A stretch of DNA of 28,840 nucleotides, taken from assembly GCA_020024715.1 (NCBI GenBank), contig JAHHTJ010000001.1, positions 1 to 28,840 of the forward strand. Reading direction: 5' to 3'. The notes below the pieces were generated by a model that saw only the letters and a program-made list of their open reading frames with translations, was not told the origin of the DNA and did no database searches. The position numbers and the translations under genes were made by a program. Origin of the DNA: Mycoplasmataceae bacterium. GTDB taxonomy: Bacteria > Bacillota_I > Bacilli_A > Mycoplasmatales > Mycoplasmoidaceae. Below are positions 10,630 to 21,447 of this stretch, piece by piece (within the stretch, counting starts at the first letter, position 1; each line of letters opens with the position of its first letter).

Positions 10630-12498
10630 ATGAAAAAAAATAAGCAAAAAAATAATAAAAAAGAAGATAATAGAAAAAACATTGAAATCAATACCCTTTT
10701 GAAAAAAGTTGATGTTGGTGTTAATAAAAATAATGTTTTTATTTTTACATCACCATTAACAGTTGTAGAATTTTCAAAAAAAATTAATAAAGCAAGTACC
10801 GAAATTATTCGTTATTTTTTAGTTAAAGGGAATTTAATAACAGTTAATACATTATTAAGTGAAGACCAAATTGGTGAATTATGTCTTCACTTTAATTATG
10901 ATTTTGAAAAACAAGATGAAATAACTGAAGAAAACATTTTAAATAATATTAAATTAGATGAAAAAGATTTAATTCAAGCAATAAGACCACCAGTAGTTAC
11001 AGTTATGGGTCATGTCGATCACGGAAAAACTAGTTTATTAGATACCATTAGAAACAGCCATGTAACTGCTAAGGAAGCAGGTGGTATAACACAACATATC
11101 GGTGCTTATCAAATTGTTCATAAAAATCGTTTTATTACTTTTATTGATACTCCTGGTCATGAAGCATTTAGTGAGATGCGTGCAAGAGGAGCAGAATTAA
11201 CTGATATTATTATTTTAGTTGTTGCTGCAGATGATGGTGTAATGCCACAAACTATTGAAGCAATTGATCATGCTAAAGCTTCTAATGCAAAATTAATTGT
11301 TTTTGTTAATAAAATGGATAAACCAACCGCTAATCCAGATAAGGTTATAGCACAATTATCAGAGCACGGAGTTACTCCTGAAGAATGAGGAGGAGAAACA
11401 GTAGTTGTAAAAGGTTCTGCATTAACTAAAGATGGTATTGATCAACTACTAGAAACGATATTTTTAATTTCAGATATTAATGAATATAAAGCAGTAATTA
11501 ATTCTTTACCAATTGGAATTGTTTTAGAATCTAAACTAGATAAAGGTTCTGGTCCATTAGCTTCTGTTATTATTCAACAAGGAATTTTAAAAAAAGGTGA
11601 TTATTTAGTTTGTGGTCATACCTTTGGTCGTGTAAGAACAATGAAAGATGAAAATAATAAAGATCTTGATGAAGCAAAACCTTCAAGACCAGTAATGATT
11701 TCTGGTTTAGATTCATTACCAGAAGCTGGTGATCGATTTATTGCTTTGAAGGATGAAAAAATTGCTAAATCAATTGCTAATAAAATTGCTCAAAAACAAA
11801 TTCGTGAAGATCGTTTATTTTCAATGCAACAATCAAAATTAACAAATGATTTAAAAATAACAAATGTTATTTTAAGAGCAGATGTTAATGGAAGTATTGA
11901 AGCTATTAAAAATTTATTTGATAAAATTAATGTTGATGGAACTACTGTCAAAATTATTCGTTCTGCAATTGGTGCAATTAGTGAATCTGATGTTAAATTA
12001 GCAAAAGCAAGTAATGCATTAATTATTGGATTTAATGTTAGACCTACTAAAAATGTAAGAGATTTGTCAAATAATATTGGTGTTAAAATTATTTTCCAAA
12101 ATATTATTTATGCTTTAAAAGACCAAGTAGAAAAGATTTTAATTGGTACTTTAGATCCAGTTTATGAAGAAGAAACTATTGGTGAAGCAAAGGTTCGTGC
12201 AATATTTAAAGCAAGTAATATTGGAACAATTGCTGGTTGTTTAGTTACTGATGGTAAATTAGTAAGAAATGCTCATGTTCGCGTACTTAGAGATGGAATT
12301 GTAATCTATACTTCAACTATTTCATCCTTAAAACATTTAAAAGATGATGTAAAAGAAATTGTTGAAGGAAAAGAATGTGGATTAACTATCGCTGGGTTTA
12401 ACGACATTAAAGAAAATGATATTTTAGAATGCTTTGTTAATAAGCAAGTTGATTTACTTGCTAAAATGGGAAGTGATAGTAATGAGAAAAAGCAGTAA
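10630..12498 (+). CDS. infB: Translation initiation factor IF-2 (622 aa)
   Basis: [64 protein letters not shown] (W=TGA), GKECGL. Confidence 0.98.
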
Positions 12499-12844
12499 TC
12501 CAAAGTTTGCGAAAGCAAAAAAAGAAGCAATAATTTTAAAATATTTAAATGATCAACTAATGAAACTAAACGATTCTTACATCGATGGTGCTAAAATTTC
12601 ATTTACTGATTTAAAACTATCTGTTGATAATTCATATTGTGATGTTTATGTTGATACATGAGATCGTAGTTTAATTGATGATTATGTTGATTATTTAAAT
12701 AAACATGCTGGTACATTTAGAACTTATTTAGCAAAAAATATGTCTGCATATAAAGTTCCACACATCCGTTTTAAAATTGATGCAGTTGTAGACAATGTAA
12801 TTAAAATAAATAATATCTTCAATGAAATCAATAAGAAAAAATAA
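12482..12844 (+). CDS. rbfA: Ribosome-binding factor A (120 aa)
   Basis: Follows and overlaps infB; TDLKLSVDNSYCDVYV, LNKHAGTFRTYLAK and YKVPHIRFKID match the RbfA pattern. Confidence 0.9.
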
Positions 12845-13757
12845 GAAAAAGCGATTATCAATATTTAGTTATTTCACACTTGTGTGTGGTTATTTTTTTG
12901 GTATATTTAAAAAGAAAAATAATGAATATTTAGAATCTAGCATACAAGTAATAAATAGTAATAAAAGAAGAAGCTTAAGAAAACCAATTGTTTTTCCAGT
13001 TGAAAATCCAGATACAAGAATTCGTAATGAATTAAGTTCTTATGGTAATAATACTTTAAAAAGAAATAATTGAAAATTAGCAAAAAAAGAATATTTAAAA
13101 ACATTGTCTAAAAAGAAACAAGAAGATTATGCATATCAATTAAGAAAATATCATAAATGACAATTTATATATCCTTTTTATTGATTATGAATTAAATTTA
13201 TAAGAATTTTTAATTTAGATTTTATTATCCATAAAGATTCAAGATATGAATTTAGTAATGATCAATTAGAAGTTTATAATAAACGTCAAAAACGTTTTAT
13301 TGATTGATGAAAGCATGTGCCAATTATTATTTGATTTGGTATTTATTACCATTGAATTAAGGATAAAATAAATGCAACCAAATATCAAAAAGTTAATTGA
13401 TTTTTATTTGCTTTGTTCACATCAATATATATTACTGTTTTATCAATAGTAATTTCATACGCAGTATTAGCTAAAGGTAATAAAATTGATGCTCCACCAT
13501 TTGCTGAAATTAATACTTATCCTAATTTCTTTATTCAAAAGTTACCATTAATAAATGCAACAATTATTGTTGCAGTTATTGGATTAGTTTTGATGTTTGT
13601 ACCGATTATTATTCTAATTTCATTATGACTAAGTAATATTAATGATGTTACATACAACACTATATTTGTCTTTACTCAACAATTAACTTATATTATTGTT
13701 GGAATTTTTATGATTGCAAGTGTTTCGATGGAATTAACAATATTTTATGCACATTAG
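12822..13757 (+). CDS. Hypothetical membrane protein, basic Trp-rich N-half and about 3 C-terminal TM helices (311 aa)
   Basis: Track ORFs 12822..13073 and 13413..13628 are one code-4 frame ending at TAG13755-13757. Its position after rbfA matches the uncharacterised membrane gene found there in pneumoniae-group mycoplasmas (homology not verified). Confidence 0.8.
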
Positions 13758-13775
13758 TAAATAATGTGCTTTTTT
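13749..13775 (+). terminator. Intrinsic terminator of the nusA-infB-rbfA operon
   Basis: GCACATTA-GTAAA-TAATGTGC perfect 8-bp stem followed by TTTTTT, overlapping the stop codon of the last gene. Confidence 0.75.
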
Positions 13776-13900
13776 AGTGGTATGAATAAACATAATTTCT
13801 ATTGCATTTTTTATTTAAAATCAATTTTAAATCAAAATAAATAGAAGGTTATCTTAATTCAAAATTAAAAATAATTTATGTTTAATTACTATTTATCTCA

Positions 13901-13906
13901 TATAAT
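13901..13906 (+). promoter_or_regulatory. Candidate -10 box for ppa-yebC
   Basis: TATAAT about 60 nt upstream of the ppa ATG in an intergenic region after a terminator. Such hexamers arise often by chance at this AT content. Confidence 0.35.
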
Positions 13907-13965
13907 TTTAAAAATGTTTATTTATAAAAAACAAAATAAACATATAAAAATAAGGATATTTAATT

Positions 13966-14526
13966 ATGGAAAAGAAACTAGATGTAATTATTGAAATACC
14001 AAAACATTCAAATGTAAAATATGAATATGATCGTGTAACTAAAGAAATTAGTGTTGATCGTATATTATATGGAGCTAATGTTTATCCACAAAACTATGGT
14101 TTCATTAAAGAAGCCTTAGATTGAGATGGAGATGAATTAGATGCATTAGTTATTGCTGATCAATCATTTACTCCAGGTATTAAAGTTCCTGTAAGAATTT
14201 TAGGAGCAATGGAAATGATTGATGATGGTGAAACTGATACTAAATTAATCACTGTAATTGCTTGTGACAAAAGATATGAACACATTAAAACTTTAAAACA
14301 ATTACCAGAACATTTAAAAGCTGAAATTCAAAACTTTTTTGAACAATATAAAACATTACAAGAAAAAAATGTTAAGGTATTAGGTTTTCAAGATGCAAAA
14401 TGAGCGATGAATGAATATGAAGAATGTAAACGTATGATGAAACAATATGGAGACATGCCTAAAAAAGAATTTGTTGAAAAAATGATGCAAATTCACCCAG
14501 AAAAATATTCTAAGGAAGAAAAATAA
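13966..14526 (+). CDS. ppa: Family I inorganic pyrophosphatase (186 aa)
   Basis: [38 protein letters not shown] (DGDxLD signature), [19 protein letters not shown]. Confidence 0.97.
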
Positions 14527-14535
14527 TAATTATTT

Positions 14536-15243
14536 ATGCCAAGAAAACATTTAATTGCTAGTCAAAATAACAAGAAACAGCAAGATAATGCAAAAATTTG
14601 AATGAAATTAGCTAGAGAAATTAGAGCTGCTGCTAAAACTGGTGGACCTAATATTGATGCTAATCCAAGATTAAAAGCTGCTGTTGAAAAAGCATTACAA
14701 AACAATTTAAGTAAAGAATCCATCGAAAGAAACATTAAGGGTGCACAAAAAGATACTGATAATTTAGAACAACAAATTTATGAAATTTATGGTCCTAGTG
14801 GTTTATCAGTTATTTTATCTGCATTAACTGATAATCCTGGAAGAACCAGAGCAAATGTTAATGCAGCATTAGCAAAATTACATGGTCAAATCGCAAAAAC
14901 AAATAGTGTTTTAATGAATTTTAGTATAAAAGGTATTTTTGCTATTAAAACAAAATTAACTATTGATGAACTAATAGAAAAATTAATAGATTTTTCTATT
15001 GAAGATATTAATGACTATGAAAATAATGAAATTGAATTAATTTGTAGCAAAAATGATTATTATTCAATCAAAAAAATAATTGAATCATTACCAGATACTT
15101 CTATTATTGCAAGTGAAATAAAATATATTCCAAATTCATATATTGAGCTTGGAGCTGAAGAACAAGAACGTTTAAATACATTTCTTGATATGACTTCAGC
15201 TGATGATGATGTTCAATGAGTTGTTACTAACTCTGCATATTAA
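14536..15243 (+). CDS. yebC: YebC/PmpR (TACO1) family protein (235 aa)
   Basis: AKIWMKLAREIRAAAKTGGPNIDANPRL, YEIYGPSG, LTDNPGRT, DDDVQWVVTN. Confidence 0.95.
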
Positions 15244-15266
15244 TTTTTTTATAAAATTTTAATTTT

Positions 15267-15277
15267 TATAATAGAAT
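15267..15277 (+). promoter_or_regulatory. Candidate -10 boxes for the opp leader transcript
   Basis: Overlapping TATAAT (15267-15272) and TAGAAT (15272-15277), 9-14 nt upstream of the uORF ATG at 15286. Confidence 0.45.
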
Positions 15278-15285
15278 ACATATAT

Positions 15286-15366
15286 ATGCAATTTACAGTT
15301 TTAAACATCAAAAATCATCATAATAATAAGATTAACAACATTATTGTTAATATTTTTGGTTATTAA
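15286..15366 (+). CDS. Putative leader peptide MQFTVLNIKNHHNNKINNIIVNIFGY (26 aa)
   Basis: ATG15286..TAA15364-15366 directly after the -10 boxes. The stop codon overlaps the predicted antiterminator strand AAACTGG; tandem HH, NN, NN and II codons. Confidence 0.5.
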   Translation: MQFTVLNIKNHHNNKINNIIVNIFGY

Positions 15367-15400
15367 ACTGGAGAATCGTTTTAAAAATTAAAAAGAAAGG

Positions 15401-15435
15401 TAAACCAGTTTGCAACTACAAACTGGTTTATTTAA
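15401..15435 (+). terminator. Intrinsic terminator / attenuator in the oppA leader
   Basis: TAAACCAGTTTG-CAACTA-CAAACTGGTTTA perfect 12-bp inverted repeat (15401-15430); the GC core is followed by TTTATTT; ends 37 nt before the oppA ATG. Confidence 0.75.
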
Positions 15436-15467
15436 TATCTAAAGTGTAGTTGCAAATAAAAAACACT

Positions 15468-18400
15468 ATGAAATCAACAAAACGTTTTAGCAAAAAATGA
15501 AAATGAAGCATAATTGGAGCTAGTTGTGGTATTGTTACAATCGGTTCTTTGGCTTTAGGTATAGCGCTATCTGTTGAAAATAAATCTATTCAGGCTTCTA
15601 GTAAATATTTTATTGGGCAAAACACTGTAAATGATTTTTTTGCGAATCTTGAAAAAAATGGTTTTACAGATGGATTGCCAAAATCTAGTGATGCACCTGC
15701 TTGATTAAAATTAGCAAAACATTATGAAAATGATATGAATATTTACACTGAAAGTTCACAACTTTCAAATCTTGTAAATAATCCTGAATTTAGTACATAT
15801 CGTATCAATTCTGCATCTTTATCTAATTTGTCAATTAAAAATAAAAATTTATTATTAAACACCAAAAATAATTTAGACTCTCTACTTGGTAATCAATCAT
15901 TAAACTTAAATTATTACACACTAGATAGTGCACCATTTTTTAATAGTAAGGTGAATTTATTTTGTAGTTCTGTTATTGATAGTTTAAAAAGTGCCACAAA
16001 CGATAAATTAAATTTTAAAATTATACCAAGATCACCAACTACAGTTAACCAAGTTTATTATAATAACAACTGTGAATTAGGTTCTTTGTTTTGAAGTCCT
16101 GACTATAATGATGTAAGTGCTTGAATAGGATATTTATTTTCACAAAATAATGGTTGAATTACTGGTAATTTGTGACCATGTTTGTGAGCATTATTAAGTG
16201 GTGCTAATCCAACTAATGGTCAATTTACTTATAATAATCAAGCATTACCAGATAGTAACTACAAATATCAAAACGCACCAACTTTTCAAACTCAGTTAAG
16301 TTGAACAAATGCTAGAAGAGCCGCAATGGGTCTTGGAGTATTGCCTGGATGAGCAACTAGTTTATATTACACTTTATACACTTTATTTCCAGATACTATT
16401 TCATGAAATACTAACTATGGTTGATGACAAATGCAATATAACAATAACAATGCTGATGGTAATATGTTATATGCATTAGAAGATTGATGTACAAGTGTTG
16501 AAAATGTTCAAGTAGTATTATCAAACACAGCAAGTAATCATGTTTTTACAACTAAACCAGCACTATACACTTCTGAATCAGCTCTAGTAAAATTTATTAG
16601 TTGAATTGATGCATTTGATCCAAGTATGCCATTTTTTTCAAGTGGTAATAATTTTACTAAAGCTCCTATTCTAACCAGAGAAGGTATTTATCCCTTAAAT
16701 AACCCAGCTAGCGGATATACTAACTCAGAATATTTTATTAATTTACATAAAACACAATTTAGTTTAAATAATCCGTTTGTTTATTTTATTCCTGGAAGTG
16801 TAGTTAGTTCAGTAAACTTTAACTATTTTGCACCTGTATTAAGCGGAGGTGGTTTCTTTCAATTTGCAGGTGGTTTATACTCAGGAATGATGAATTATGT
16901 TCCTTATAACTATTTACAAAATGAACAAGGAAATAAGCAATATAGTGCTGGTTATGGTGTAAGTGATGTTCCTAACAAAACCTTATTAAAATTAGTTGAT
17001 GCAACTAACTTTAAATTACTAGATGTTACTAACAAATTTAAAGGTGCTCACTATAATCAAACAAATGGTGATTTAGTACACGGTGATACTATTACCACAT
17101 CAGGTTCTGATGCAAACACTAAATTATTATTTATTTCAAACCCTTCAATGATTATTACTCCAAATAATCCACAAGCATTATTATCAGAATCTGCGTTTGA
17201 TAATTTTGTTAAGGATCACAAAAATCAAACTTGATCAACATATAAAGATTATGAAGATTTTGCTAAATATAATGTACTTACATTAACAGATGGAAACTTA
17301 GCAACTGCTATTAATAGTACTGATGCTTACCAATTTACATTAAATAAAAAGGTTAAATGATTAAATTCAAAAGGTCAAGTTACTAATAGTATTCAACCAG
17401 AAGATTTTAATAACTCTATCGCTTGGATGGCTGCTTCTTATTCTGATTATTCATATAATTCTCAAAAACAAACATTAGGTCAAGTACAAGCTAACTCATA
17501 CATGCTTCAAGAAATTGGATTAGCAGGTAAAAATTTTAGTTTAGGAGTTGGAACTGGATTTTTTCAAACAGAAGAATATGCTCCAAACAATAATCCTAAT
17601 GGAGATACATTTACTTACTTTATTAGCCCAAATAATATTACAAGCACACAAGCTAAAGGTGGATGAGATGGTGGTTCTCATATTGCTTATTTTTTATCAC
17701 AATTAGCATTCCAAAATAGTTATTTAGATCCAATTCCATCTGATACTTTAGCATTTCATAATCTTGGCGGAAAAAATAACCAACTAAATAAGTTTAATAA
17801 TTTAACTGTTGGTCAATTAACACAAGATTATATGGGTAATAACATTAATAATGGTGTTTGAAATATTTCAACAGCAATGACTAATGCTATAAATGATTCA
17901 AATACTAAAGAATTTAACAAACTATATAATGAAATTGAACAAAATCCAGCATATTTAACTCTTGTTGCAAACAAACAATTAAATAATAATGTATATGCAA
18001 TTTTATATATTTATGGTAGTGGAATTAATCCATCTAATGGAAAACCACAAATGAGTAGTGATTTAAGATTTAATGGAGGATATTATGCTAATAGTAATTC
18101 TTTTACAACCTCATCTATTAGAACACAAATTCATACAGAATTTTTTAGTGCAATATCAACACCAGCTGGTGGACCACTATTTGGACCGGCTAGTCAAAAA
18201 ATAAATTTTATTAAATATCAATGAAGTTCTAACATTACTCAACAAGAAGAACTTATTATGTATTTGTCAGGTCAAATTGATTATGATTCAAATGTTCAAC
18301 CTCAACAATTATTAGGTGTTACTCTAAAACCTGGTCAAGCAGTTTATTATGCTGGAAATACAAGTAATAAATCTTTAAACTTAGCTTGATATAATGCATT

Positions 18401-19049
18401 TGTATTTAATTTGACATCTAGTGCAAGTACTGGTTCTTTTGCTGTTCCTACCAACCAAAATAACCAACCATTGATTCAATTAGATATTAATAGTAAAACA
18501 GTTTCTAAAGTTGATTCTAAAAATATTGATGGAAAACAATATTATGCTAAGTATGGTTATCCATATATTAATGATAAAGGACAAGTATTATATACAAATC
18601 CTAACGATACAAGTGCAAAATTAAAAAGTTATGCTACTCCTAGTTATTTAAAAATTGTTGGTACTGCACTAAATCCATTTATTTATGGAACAACTGGAGC
18701 TGAAATTAGACAAGATATTACAGCATTAATTAACTGAACATCAATTGCTTCAGTTGCTTCATATCCTTTACCACAAGGAATTATTGCTAACTCAGTTATT
18801 CCTTATGGAAACTTTCATGGTAACTTTGAATATATCTCTCCAACTTCAAAAGATCCTGTTGTTGTTCATGATTTTTATCAATATGCAGCAGCAACAGCGG
18901 GTACTGGAATAATTGGAACCCCATTATTTTGATCATTAAATAATCAAAATAAAAAATCAAATTTATATTATGAAAGTGATTTTAATAATGCTACAAATGC
19001 TTATTCTGAATATGAATGAGATTTTATGAATACAATTAACGGAAGATAA
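15468..19049 (+). CDS. oppA: Large OppA-like substrate-binding protein (family-5-like, 1193 aa), N-terminal membrane anchor, apparently circularly permuted
   Basis: Five track fragments form one code-4 frame; first gene of the opp operon. Motifs WSPDYND, YQFTLNKKVKWLNSKG...QPEDF, FNGGYY, YLSGQID, FVFN, IRQDITALINW. Confidence 0.75.
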
Positions 19050-19063
19050 AATAGGTAGAAAGA

Positions 19064-21445
19064 ATGTTTAAATATACAATTTATAGAATTATTGCAGCAG
19101 CATTAGCGATAATAGCAGCGATTGTCATTACCTTTTTTGCTATGCATTTAGTTCCTGGTCATCCTCAACCTCCAGCTGGAGCTAAAACCCAGATTGCAAA
19201 GGAACAGTGATGAAGTCAAAATGGGTTTTTATATGAAATAGGTGTAGGTTTTACAAGCTCTGGACAGCAGTTTGTATGATTTATTAAAAATTTAGGTCAT
19301 CAATTTGGGATTTATTTTAATTCTAATATTTCAGTTACAACATATTTTGATAACTCTATGCTTGTAACAATTGCTTATGCTTTACCAGCATTTGTTTTTT
19401 CCACAATTATTGGTGTCTGAATGGGGTATTATGCAGCTAAGTATCGTGGAAAATTAACTGATTCATTGATTAATATTATTGCTGTCTTAGTTTCATCAAT
19501 TCCAGTTTTTGTTTTAGGTATTTTATTTTTTAAATTTGCAGGTATCATTCATTTACCAGCACAGTTTGTACCATTTGCAAAAACTAACTCCGCATTAAAA
19601 TCATGAGAATCCTTAATTTTACCAACAATAGTAGTTACGTTAATGGGTTTACCATCCGTTGTATTTATGTCACGTAATGAATTTGTTGAAATATTCAAAT
19701 CTGAATTTATTAAAACTGCTAGAGGAAAAGGATTATCTAATATGGAAATTTTCAGAAAACATATTATTAGAAATGCCTTCATGCCAATCCTTTATGCTAC
19801 AAGTGGAAACTTATTATTAATCTTTGGTGGATCTATTATTATTCAAATGATCTTTAACATTACTGGTAATGCTACTGGACAAGGTTTAGGTCAAATGTTA
19901 GCTGATGGAGTAACAAATCATCAATATTATTTTGAATGTTTTAGTATTTTGTTTTTTGGTGGAGTTTATTTCTTATATGCAATATTTTTAGATTGAATGT
20001 ATGTGTTAGTAGATCCAAGAGTTACTTTAAGAACTGGTAGTGAATTATTAGGAATAAAAGTAATAAATAGTAAAATTAGATTTAAAAAACCAGATTTAGT
20101 ACAAAAAGCTATTTCAGTTTCTAATGAACAAAAAATTAAAAAAACAAAATTAGAAATAAAATATGAAAATATTGTTAATAATAAAAATATTACTTGACAT
20201 TCATTAAATTATTTTAAGAATGAAGAATATTTAACAAAAGATCAAAGAAGTACTCATACCTTCACTATTAATAATTTAAACACTATGAGTATTGATCAAG
20301 ATACAGGTGTTAGTGTTGATAAAAAATATAATTTTAATGCAATTAAATTATTTAAACCTATTGACTCATTAAAAATTAATAACGATCGTATTGGTGATAG
20401 CAATATACCAACATGAGTAAACTCATTAAAAACTTTTGCAAAAAATAAAGTTGCTTTAATATTTGCGTTAATTATGATTTTCTTAATTTTATTCTTTGCA
20501 ATTTATAGTTATGCTAGTCCATATTCTATAAATACTGCTATTTCAAGTAATGTAAAAATAGCAACATTGCAATATTTACCTGCAAGATTTCCAGGAATGG
20601 GTATTCATTCAGTACTTCAACATACGTTATATGCAACAAGATCTAGTTATATAAAAGCTATTGATTCAGGAATAGTTGATTTATCTAAACCACATACTAA
20701 TCCGGGACTAGAATTCGCTTATTATCATTGTTGAATTTATCCATATGCTCAATCAGGATTAGAAAATTTATATCCAGTTTTAGGTACTAATAAATATGGT
20801 ATTGATTATTTAACAGAATTAAGTTATGCATTTAGTAGATTAGTTTTATTTACAGTTATTGTTATTGTTGGTTCAACTATTTTAGGAATTATATATGGAG
20901 GAATTCAAGGTTCATTTGCTGGATCTAATGCTGATATTGTTATGCAATGAATTACTCAAGTTATCTTATCTGTACCAACCTTATTATGAGTAATTATTTT
21001 GGGCGTTTCATTTACAGGTGGAACATTAACATTATGAAACTTATCATGAATCTTAATTTTAATTAGTTGACCTGGAATTGCATCAATTACACGTTTATAT
21101 GTAATTAAATATAAAGATTATGAATTTGTTCAAGCAGCAAGAATTATCGGAATGAGCAGATTTAAAATTGTTATGACTCATTTATTACCAAATACTTTTG
21201 GTAAAGTAACTGTTGTTGCTTTAAACTCATTTGGTGGAATTATGCAATGACCATCCTTCTTATTATTTATTGGATTAACATCTAGTTTTGGAATTAGTTT
21301 AAGTAATATGATTTTTGAAAACTATCATGATTCAATTATCCACTGAAACCTTATGGGTTCTGTTATGGCATTATATGTATTACCTTATCTAGCATTCCAA
21401 GTAATTGCTAACGCTTTAAATGATTCATTAGATTCAAGGAACTAA
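19064..21445 (+). CDS. oppBC: Fused oligopeptide ABC permease OppB-OppC (793 aa)
   Basis: Single frame without TAA/TAG. OppB half: MFKYTIYRI...MHLVPGHP, EAA loop SEFIKTARGKGLS, RNA, VLVDPRV. OppC half: KTFAKNKVA, LGTNKYGID, EAA loop YEFVQAARIIGMS, HLLPN, NALNDSLDSRN. Confidence 0.9.
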
Positions 21446-21447
21446 AC

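Noticed and set aside
13813..13832. Inverted repeat ATTTAAAAT-CA-ATTTTAAAT upstream of ppa
   Set aside because: Arms are A/T only in an extremely AT-rich spacer, so chance is likely; no second copy seen.
15244..15467. T-box riboswitch as explanation of the opp leader
   Set aside because: No T-box consensus (GGTGGNACC) or recognisable stem I motifs present.
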